10,973 nt of DNA from Azolla caroliniana (lineage: Eukaryota > Plantae > Polypodiophyta), in assembly GCA_043228905.1 (NCBI GenBank), contig JBHGNT010001208.1:1-10973 (forward strand), in the 5' to 3' direction. Both the position numbers and the translations under genes were made by a program. This document shows, in pieces, positions 1 to 8,167 of this stretch; position 1 is the first letter of the stretch; each line of letters starts with the position of its first letter. Under the pieces are notes generated by a model. The model saw nothing but the letters and a program-made list of their open reading frames with translations. It did not search any database and was not told the DNA's origin.

Positions 1-45
1 ATCATTGCGTTGTAAGACACCACATCGCGATTATGCTGCAACACA

Positions 46-427
46 GAATGTTTCTTCTAGGTTTCCACATGTAAAATACATGCACATATCATTTGTCATG
101 GCTATGCAAAGCTGAAAAACCTTTATAGAGGGAATGATGTCCAAAGCATTCACTCACATATTGCAGATATTTATCATCAATCACATTCCGTACAAATGCC
201 TGGTGTAATCCAGTTACAACATCCTTCTTCTCAGCCTTTTATTGCTTGTTGTATCTTTTGCTTGCTTTACTAATGCCTTTACTAAGGCAGTGAATGTTTC
301 TTCCAGGTTTCCACATGTAAAATACATGCACATATCATATGTCATGGCTGTGCAAAGCTGAAAAACCTTTATAGAGGGAATGATGTCCAAAGCATTCAAT
401 CACTCACATATTGTAGATATTTATCAT
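46..427. repeat. Direct duplication of ~132 bp (46-177 and 292-427) separated by a 114-bp spacer
   Basis: GAATGTTTCTTC..AGATATTTATCAT repeated with four substitutions and one 4-bp indel. Confidence 0.95.
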
Positions 428-599
428 GCTTATGCATTTGATTCGAGGATTTCATCAATAGTAGGCTCATGATCTAGAACCAATAATTTGCCTACAAAGT
501 CAAAACATTTACTTTGTGCTTTAGCTAGCATATCTTGTTTTTGTGGTTTGTTGAACTACCTTATCTTCTTTCTTGTATGATATTGCCCATGCTTTTGTA

Positions 600-735
600 T
601 GAATAACGGAAGGCACATACAAGGAGAAAGAAAATGCAGCACATCATGATAATGTTTAATGGTACAACATTGATTTTATTATGTTATTGCCCATGTTGGC
701 ATTGCGAGACATAATTTGTTCTCGACATTTACTTC
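600..735 (-). pseudogene. Second decayed relic similar to 5050-5180
   Basis: Minus strand gives KCREQ (716-730) and HFLSP/(frameshift)VCAFRY. It shares AACGGAAGG and near-identical motif spacing with the relic at 5054-5176. Confidence 0.3.
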
Positions 736-768
736 TAAAATTTGCTTGAAATCCCACAAGTTCTTGTA

Positions 769-1216
769 ATGGCTAGGATTTCACTATTTCAAAAGTGCTA
801 GATTATCATATGATTTTCGACCCATCATTAGTACCACAAATTCAAACATTTTGCAAAAATTGTTGAAACCTCCAATAATATAAAGTAGCATTGGAAATAT
901 CTACACTCATCATGGCTAGGATTTTGCTATTTCAAAAGCGCTAGCTTATACTTATTTCATACGCATCATTAGTACCATAAATTCGGACATTTCGCAAAAA
1001 TTGTCAAAGCTTCCCACAATATAAAGTAGCATTAGAAATATCTACATTTTTCATCAAACTTATTGACATTTTGCTATTTCTAAAGCGCTAGGTTATCCTT
1101 ATTTCATACGCATCATTAGTACCATAAATTCAGACACTTTGCAAAAATTGTCGAAACCGCCAACAATATAAAGTAGTATTAGAAATATCTACATTTTTCA
1201 TCAAACTTTCTGACAT
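769..1216. repeat. Tandem repeat, 3 units of ~143-147 bp
   Basis: Units start at about 769, 912 and 1069 and share CATCATTAGTACCA..AAATTC..GCAAAAATTGT..AATATAAAGTAG.ATT.GAAATATCTACA. Units 2 and 3 are more similar to each other than to unit 1. Confidence 0.92.
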
Positions 1217-1710
1217 AAAGTCAGCATGAAAACATGTGCATGATGAGAAATTGCCCATTTTGTTGTGGTGCCATTATTGTGCATAGTGTGCTTGATGACT
1301 AAAAGTTGTGTTTGGACTATAAATTATGCATAGTGTTTTGAGAGACTATATTGAAGTTTGTAAGGAGACCTTGTGTCAAAGCTTCTTATTATGTTGTTAC
1401 ATTTACTATCTTATGCTTTCTAAAATTAAGTTGGCTTAAAGTATTTTTATGGCTTCCTAACTCATTTGTTAAACATCCATGCACTTTTCACCTAACTAAG
1501 AAAGGGTTGGTGATCACCAATTTAAGGTGACATTGGCTTTTCAATTCTCCTTTTTATTTAAAAATGAACATTGTTAGAAAGATTGTTTCACTAATATTTT
1601 ATCATCAATATTCAATTATACACATTGGTCGGAGTAAGACACATCTGAAAGGCTTCCATAGATTAGTGAGAATGTTTTAATTAATTTTGAACACATAGTT
1701 GGTCGAAATG

Positions 1711-2023
1711 TTTTTTGTTTTTTTCAAAAAACGATACTACATTAGTATTAGAATACGCCGTAAGGCTATACATAACAAGATATACCACATATCCCTTTTT
1801 TTCCTAAATTCTAACCATCAGCTTAAATAAATACTTTGGTGTAGAGTAAAACCACTCCACCTTATCATCAGAAAGCGTCTATAAAATATGTATACATTAT
1901 ACATATGTCCCAGATGGCATGAAACTCCAATTGCTTAAGCTCCGCTTGGTGCGTATTACCTCTTATACTATCCAACAAACCTTTGAGATTATGCACAAAC
2001 TTTGTCCAAATTCTATAATTTAT
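1711..2023 (-). mobile_element. Short 5'-truncated L1-type LINE, third diverged copy
   Basis: Minus strand gives RIWTKFVHNLKGLLDSIRGNTHQAELKQLEFHAIW ... (frameshift) KVEWFYSTPKYLF, homologous to IWFNLIFTL*GEFESLQG...RFLLKW...KAKWNYQPPRWLF. T-run plus CAAAAAA..CATTAGT tail at 1711-1746. TSD TTGGTCgAAATGTT 1699-1712 / TTGGTCaAAATGTT 2024-2037 (13/14). Confidence 0.8.
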
Positions 2024-2220
2024 TTGGTCAAAATGTTATTTAACTCCTTTCTATAATAAGTTTTAACTTTCATTCAATCAAGATGATGATTAAGTAATTC
2101 ATTACCGAAACATTTATCGCATCTTGGACATGAAAAGATGAAATTTGTTGAGATTTCTAATGAAACATAATGTAATATTGTCAATATTCACAAGCTAATG
2201 AAGTCTTTCGTTGTGCCCCT

Positions 2221-2899
2221 CTTTTTTTTACCAAAAAAACACTACTTCACATTAGTTAGCAAATGGAATACAATAGAGTTTACCCTAATCCACACTGGGA
2301 TCAACATATACAACTTAGAGGAACAACTCCAAAACTATCAAACAAAAACAACAAAAACTCACTTGACCCTTAACTCCAACAAAACTAAAATAAACCCCAT
2401 TTTACCCCGACTCTACATCTCCCAACCAACTCTTTTCTAGCAACATTATCCGGGTAACATGACTATACTAACCCACTTTTGCTTCAGCTATACATACATA
2501 ATTACAACCGATGTACAATATTGGGTGCCATCGGTGAATACAACCACCTAAGCGCCTGGTAATTCCACTTAGGCCTCGACGAAGATTTGACCATCATGGG
2601 AGAACCACTCCATTTTAGCAAGAACTTTGACCTTGCCCTTTCTACTTCTTCCGATTCCCCCTGAATCGAATCATACTGACTGCGCAACCAAGCCACAAGC
2701 TCAAACTAGATATTTAACAACACCTCCCCACATGAGAGCTTTTGCTACTGAAAAACAAACTTACAACGCCTGATCCAGATGTGCCAGACCGTTAAACACA
2801 CCATCATAAGACAAATCTCCTCAAAAAATTCAGAATTTGTGCCCGGTCTCACCCCATCATATTGGAACACGCCACCACCCTACACTATAAATTCATGTC
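2221..2899 (-). mobile_element. 5'-truncated L1-type LINE, second diverged copy
   Basis: Minus strand gives CLTVWHIWIRRCKFVF ... VAWLRSQYDSIQGESEEVERARSKFLLKWSGSPMMVKSSSRPKWNYQALRWLY, which aligns with the copy at 3123-4037. T-run and tail motif at 2222-2258. Candidate TSD CTTTcGTTGTGCCC 2205-2218 / CTTTgGTTGTGCCC 2900-2913 (13/14). Confidence 0.85.
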
Positions 2900-3122
2900 C
2901 TTTGGTTGTGCCCTTAGCATTATTTTTCTAGAAAACTTATATGTCCATATGCTATGTGTTTGTTTTACAAAATATGACACATTAATAGTTGTCATAATAT
3001 TAAAATTCAACCTCAAATTATGTATCATAAGAGTAAGGAACTTTTCTTAAACTTAGGGAACCCGGAGCACCAAAAAAACACTCATATTGTTTTTTTTCCA
3101 TAAAAAATATCCTCCATTGGTA

Positions 3123-4037
3123 TTTTTTTTTCCAAAAAAAAATTACTTTCATTAGTTAAGGCAATGTACATAGGATAATATACAACTCATATCTTACATG
3201 CCAACTTGCATGTCGAAAAGAAAACAACATGTGTAAAGGAAACAACAAAAAAAACTCCAAAACACCACATTATTTGATGAGCATAGCATTACTCGACACA
3301 TACCCTCCACGTGAGCCTCATACAACCCAAATTCAACATAGCCATCCTCCACTCTCTTCTCATGGTAGCACCCATCTATATGTTAGGCACACTCAGAGGG
3401 AACAACCACCGTGGTGGTTGATAATTCCACTTCGCTTTGCCATCCACCATTTGCAGCATCGAAGAACTGCTCCATTTTAGAAGGAACCGAGCTCTAGCTT
3501 CTTCACTTGCGTCTGAGGACCCTTGAAGGCTTTCAAACTCTCCTCATAATGTAAAAATAAGATTAAACCAGATCATCATTAAACTCTCAGTCGGGGGGGT
3601 TCTCTTACCTGAGAAGGTCTCCTTGCACCTAGATACCCACACTTGCCAAACCGTAAGGCCGACCACTAATAATCATATGTCCACGTAGTGTTCCTGTATG
3701 TAGAATGAACCTCCTTGCACTGGTTGTACAGTCCCTTGCATCACCTTTAAAGAAGGACTATTTCCATTCCACCCTTGAAACCACGCGGCCGATTTAGTGG
3801 CCAACCAAATGATTGTTGCGCTCGATACACCCGAATCGAGCCAATATTCTTAAGCTCCTCAGCCAAACTTCTTGGGCTCGTGGGCAACTCCACAAACAAT
3901 GTGCGATGTCCTCCAAGCTTGCACTGTAGGCCTTGCAACTACTCATGCCACCTCTTTTCCCAAGCCACTCTCCAGTTGGAATAGCCCGATGGGTGATTAA
4001 CCAGAAAAACACTTTGACCCGCTCCTGCTCCTGGTTC
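3123..4037 (-). mobile_element. 5'-truncated L1-type LINE (ORF2 3' end with zf-RVT zinc knuckle, 3' UTR, poly(A))
   Basis: Minus strand gives FFWLITHRAIPTGEWLGKRGGMSSCKAY..LEDIAHCLWSCPRAQEVW (zf-RVT), then TVWQVWVSRCKETF and ARARFLLKWSSSSMLQMVDGKAKWNYQPPRWLFP to a stop at 3376-3378, with internal stops. Poly(A) appears as the T-run at 3123-3131. Perfect TSD TATCCTCCATTGGTA(TT) at 3108-3124 and 4038-4054, followed by AAAA (TT/AAAA-like L1 endonuclease site). Confidence 0.92.
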
Positions 4038-4222
4038 TATCCTCCATTGGTATTAAAAATAAAGTAAATAGTATACATATATTGTCTTGCATATGTTCAA
4101 ACCTATGTAATACAACCCTCAACTAGTCGCACTACTTCAAGAATCTTGTTATGCTTTTATTAATGCCAAGCAATTGGCAATGAGGCTATAGTACAATTGT
4201 TGTTATAAATGAAGAACACTAT

Positions 4223-4633
4223 TAACAATCAGCAATGGTTCGGTTCGGTTTGAGAGGGTCCAAACCGAACCGAACCACGAAACCGTTAAACATTTTGAAA
4301 CCGTTACACCATTAAACCGTAAAAACCGCGGTTTCGTGGTTCGGTTTCGGTTTTCAACTTAGGTCTAATTTTAAAATTTTAAAATTTATAATATTTCATG
4401 ATTTTAAAGATGTTCCTAAAATGTGAGAATAAGGTCTAAAAATGAAAAGATTGTTTAAAAACAAATTTAAAAAAAATAAAAAATAAAAAAATTGTTAAAC
4501 CATTTAAACGGCATGTTTTGACTATTGAAACTGAACTGAATTGTTTTAAAAACCCTAAACTTGAACCGAACCGTTGAAACCATTAAGCCATGGTTTCACG
4601 GGTTGGTTCAAACCGAACCGTTGCTGATTGTTA
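4223..4633. mobile_element. Non-autonomous hAT-superfamily MITE (411 bp)
   Basis: 23-bp TIRs TAACAATCAGCAA(T/C)GGTTCGGTT at 4223-4245 and 4611-4633 (22/23). Perfect 8-bp TSD AACACTAT at 4215-4222 and 4634-4641. Many subterminal AACCG/CGGTT repeats and an AT-rich non-coding core. Confidence 0.92.
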
Positions 4634-5049
4634 AACACTATCATCAAAGGTTCAATTAATCTAATTAGTTAGAGCACAAGAGTGTATATGAAGAAAGTGT
4701 ATTGACATTGTTCTAGGCTTCAAATAAGGGGGTCACTAAATGCACATTGTCCACAACATCTTCATTTGAGGACTTTTTGTAAATCTTAGGAATCTTGTGA
4801 TTCAGGATTTAACACACCTCTTCTCCATTCATGGTTCCATTAAATGGCCTTGATGCGACTACTAATGCTTACACCAATGATGCCATAATAATGCAAATGG
4901 ATTTTCAAAATATCTTATTTTGAAGTATTTGCTATTCACATATCATTGTGGGCAATCACTTAAAATTTTCTAGTAAGATCCTATAAGGATTGTGCATGAT
5001 TGGGAGTATTATATTATAATTGGAACTTGGCATCTAAGTTTGAATGCAA

Positions 5050-5281
5050 AGAGAACGGAAGGTAAAGGGGGGCAATAAGAATGCCTCACTTAAAAACTAA
5101 TTGTACTTCAATCACACACTTATTTTTCGGATATGCACAACATTATCGCCATGTCACTTTTTTGTTGTCAGCACTTGAAACTAGATGATCACTTCCAATG
5201 TGCAATGGCATGCACACGATATTTTCATGAATTCCAATTAATTGGTTTGTTTCTACTTTTTGGGCAAAACATGCACTGCCA
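5050..5281 (-). pseudogene. Decayed Cys/His zinc-finger-like coding relic, probably transposon-derived
   Basis: Minus strand gives WQCMFCPKSRNKPINWNS*KYRVHAIAHWK*SSSFKC*QQ (CxxC-x17-HxxxH; the stops are TGA, consistent with CGA decay), followed by RHSYCP. Confidence 0.4.
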
Positions 5282-5584
5282 TATTTGAAATCAAACAAAA
5301 GACAACATACAAACATGTTAGACCTTACTTTCATGTTGATTGTCCATCTACCATTTTACCCTAACACCTATTGATATCCTAATTATTACATTAGTTATTA
5401 TATCCATTGTTTTACCCTAATATCAAGTTGATGTTCTATTTAAGTTTTTGTTAAGTGCGAGTCGTTAAGTTTGGAAAGGGTTGCACTTTGAAATCTAGTA
5501 ACATCACATAACATAATGCCCCTTATTGGAGTTCAATGAAAATAAAAACTTGTATGAATATGACGTAAGTTGAGTTTTTCTCTT

Positions 5585-5653
5585 TTATTTATTCCAAAAA
5601 AAAACTCCTTCCATTAGTTATAAAATTTTACAAATGAGACGATTATGTAGAAA
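5585..5653 (-). mobile_element. ~70-bp tail-only LINE insertion
   Basis: Same tail motif (TTATTTATTCCAAAAAAAAACTCCTTCCATTAGTTA) flanked by the direct repeat GAGTTTTT(T)CTCTT at 5572-5584 and 5654-5667. Confidence 0.65.
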
Positions 5654-6040
5654 GAGTTTTTCTCTTATTGGATGTATGTGCGACAAATGTGAATGCATGT
5701 GCATTTGCGAACTATGTCCATGCAAGAAGAGCAAAGGTATTCATTGTTGGACGTATATAGATGAATGTGAATGTTAAAGGTATCTTTGTAAGAAAGGCTA
5801 AATTTAGGGCACTATCTGCTATGGATTTCAGATTTATCTATGCACCATAGGATATAAGGAACAAGAGTCCTCGAGTAGGAGATAAGCATGTAAGGAAAAG
5901 TCGAAACTCTATATTTATTTTTTCAAATATTTACCATAATACTCCTTGTTTTCCAAGACATCCCTACAACACCTCTAGCATTTTCCAATCCCCCAAAATG
6001 CTCATCTCTCTATGCAATTCCCTCCTCTATATATTATCCA

Positions 6041-6193
6041 AAAAGGTAGCCTTGTTAGTGGTTAAAAGTCTACTACATGGGGTGCAGTAGAAAAGTAGCC
6101 TTAGTGATGAGGTTCGAAGTCTAATGAGATGGGATTCACTAGAAAAGTAGCTTTATTAGCGAGGGTAGATGTTTGTTGCATGGGTCGCACTAG
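6041..6193 (+). repeat. Degenerate tandem repeat, 3 units of ~50-52 bp
   Basis: Units 6041-6090, 6091-6142 and 6143-6193 each begin AAAA(G)GTAGC(C/T)TT and end ATGGG....CA(G/C)TAG. Confidence 0.7.
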
Positions 6194-6711
6194 GGTGCAA
6201 TCCCAATACGTGAAATGAGTTTATAGAGAAAGAAGTATTTTGGGAAATACAAAAACGAAGGGTATTTTATACAATGAACAATCGGTAAGTAAAGTTTTAG
6301 TTTACTTTTGAGGGAGATTTAAGGTAAACATTGGTTGGGTTGTGGCGATGCATAACGACAATGTATTGTGCATTATATAAGTCCGATGGTAAGACAAGAC
6401 ATTACATATAAAACATTGTATGCTTTCGCAATGTCTCTTTTTTGCAATGATGGTGGGGAATGCATATTTTAAAGTGTAACATCGCACCGCGCTACATAAA
6501 ATGAGTCAGAAAAGCACAAGTAGTATTGTATTCAAGAAACAAAAGGGCTTTACAATAGGTTTCCAATCAAGGATTTTCAAAGAACAATAATGCTAGAAAC
6601 GTCGGGGCTCTTGGCAATGGAGTTTTCAACTAGGTTTCTCAAGAAGAGCAATGCCAGAAACATAAGGCAATGGGCGGGATTCAGTATCGGGGCGGGTGTC
6701 AATTGAATACA

Positions 6712-6884
6712 TATATGGACACCGAAGGCATGTGGGGATGTATGTAAAATATGTATACATGCGGACATGTATGTATATATATGATGGTCGTATGTATGTA
6801 TATTATGACCATCATATATATACATACATGTCCGCATGTATACATATATTACATACATCCCCACTTGCCTTCGGTGTCCGTATA
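6712..6884. repeat. Long inverted repeat (81-bp arms, 11-nt loop)
   Basis: 6712-6792 pairs with 6804-6884 without indels. Only 2 mismatches (6731/6865, 6748/6848) and 2 G:T pairs (6716/6880, 6790/6806). Confidence 0.95.
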
Positions 6885-6949
6885 CATATATGGGGATGAA
6901 ATGAGGCACATTATATAAATTATGCCCATGAAGTTGAGGCGGCATGGTG

Positions 6950-6973
6950 GAGAGAGAGAGAGAGAGAGAGAGA
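6950..6973. repeat. (GA)n microsatellite
   Basis: Pure GA run of about 12 units. Confidence 0.95.
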
Positions 6974-7130
6974 AAGATAGAGGTGCCATAAAAAGGTTGG
7001 ATAGATAAAGCAAAAGGAGTTGAGTATTTAAGACACAAAGTATGTGTAATGTATCTATACATAATACGACAACATACATTGTACATACATATAGATACAT
7101 ATGTATGTATGTATGTACAAAGTTATTATG

Positions 7131-7138
7131 TATAAATA
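7131..7138 (+). promoter_or_regulatory. Candidate TATA box of the PMEI-like gene
   Basis: TATAAATA about 280 bp upstream of the ATG, ahead of a GA-rich leader. The surrounding DNA is AT-rich, so a chance match is possible. Confidence 0.3.
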
Positions 7139-7226
7139 CGGTGTACATATACATATTTAAAACAGAACGTCTTTGTGTGGTTATTTCGTAGACCTCAACA
7201 TGATAAGAAAGAAGATGAGAAAGGGG

Positions 7227-7400
7227 GTGTGTGTGTGTAATGAATGAATGAATGAACGAATGAATGTATGTACGTAGTAAGTAAGTACATAGTGCAGTAG
7301 GGTTTCCTTTCTTTCAAGTAAGTAGTTACTGAAAGATTTCTTCCCTTCACAAATGTGTTCTTGAGAGAGACAGACAGACTGAGAGAGAGACAGAGAGAGA
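7227..7400. repeat. Microsatellite cluster in the presumptive promoter/5' UTR: (GT)n, (GAAT)n, (GA/GACA)n
   Basis: GTGTGTGTGTGT at ~7227-7238, TGAA repeats at ~7241-7265, GA-rich tract at 7363-7400 just before the ATG. Confidence 0.85.
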
Positions 7401-7411
7401 TCTTCTGAGCT

Positions 7412-8167
7412 ATGGCTATGGCTTCTTCATTTGTTGATTCGCACAGATCCAATCAATGCTTCTTCTTCTTCCTTCTTCTTCTTCTTCAGCTTGGAGCTTG
7501 CAAAGCTTCTCTACCCTCCCCTGCTAACAGCATAGGCCATGGAAGTAGCAGAGCTAGGCCCCGAATCTCAACCCCAGCCTTTCCTGCTATCACAACGCTG
7601 TGCAGAACGACTGCATACCCAGAGCAATGCACCGGGATCCTATCCACACTGCCCCCGAAGGCCCCCCTCACCCGCCAAATCATTGCCGTCTCAGCGTATG
7701 CCCTGCGCCTCACAAACTTCACTTACTCTGCAGTCGTCCGGGACACAGCGAAGCAGCACTCTTGGGATCAATCCCAAATCCGTGGGCGTGGGCCTGCTCA
7801 TGGCCATGGCCGTGGTGATAAGCTCGCCTCCGGAGCCTTGCAGGATTGCATCGATTTGATGGGAAACTCCATGGATCAGCTCCACATCTCCATATCCAAG
7901 ATCTCTGGCATTGTCCTCCCTGCTCGCGGGAAGGGGCATCAGCAGCAGCAGCAGATTCGCGCTTCCCATGCGCGCCTCATGGATGCACAAGTCTCTCTCA
8001 GCGCCGCCTATACCTTCCAAGACACCTGCCAGGACGAGATTAACGGACACCATGATGCCAGCTCTGCCGCCGCCTTGCTGATCAAGCAGAGCGGCCCCAT
8101 CACACAGACGATTGCCGTCGGCCTATCTTTGGCTGAAACCCTGCAGCACAAGATCCTGCACCCCTAA
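7412..8167 (+). CDS. Secreted plant invertase/pectin methylesterase inhibitor (PMEI-like) domain protein, 251 aa, single exon, no PME catalytic domain
   Basis: GC-rich ORF in an AT-rich background. N-terminal hydrophobic signal peptide (FFFFLLLLLQLGACKA). Four family cysteines in canonical contexts: ITTLC64RTTAYPEQC73, ALQDC146IDLMGNSMDQL, DAQVSLSAAYTFQDTC206QDEI. Ends at TAA 8165-8167 with no RRLL-type processing site or PME domain following. Confidence 0.9.
   Translation: MAMASSFVDSHRSNQCFFFFLLLLLQLGACKASLPSPANSIGHGSSRARPRISTPAFPAITTLCRTTAYPEQCTGILSTLPPKAPLTRQIIAVSAYALRLTNFTYSAVVRDTAKQHSWDQSQIRGRGPAHGHGRGDKLASGALQDCIDLMGNSMDQLHISISKISGIVLPARGKGHQQQQQIRASHARLMDAQVSLSAAYTFQDTCQDEINGHHDASSAAALLIKQSGPITQTIAVGLSLAETLQHKILHP

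Noticed and set aside
6041-6193. CRISPR-like or other prokaryotic array interpretation of the periodic repeats
   Set aside because: The context is eukaryotic, the units are similar along their whole length with no unique spacers, and there are no cas genes.
5894-6310. Possible degenerate Mutator-type TIRs (..ATAATACTCC..TTTTCCAAGA / ..TATTTTGGGAAA..AAGGGTATTTT) around the 51-bp array
   Set aside because: Only patchy complementarity in AT-rich DNA and no TSD found.
7079-7120. 42-bp quasi-palindrome TTGTACATACATA...TATGTATGTACAA
   Set aside because: Explained by adjacent (TACA)n/(TGTA)n microsatellites.
6577-7154. ORFs of 169, 101 and 67 aa over the hairpin and microsatellite region
   Set aside because: Y/I/H/M/C-rich low-complexity translations of TATG/TACA and GA repeats; the plus and minus ORFs mirror each other because of the palindrome.
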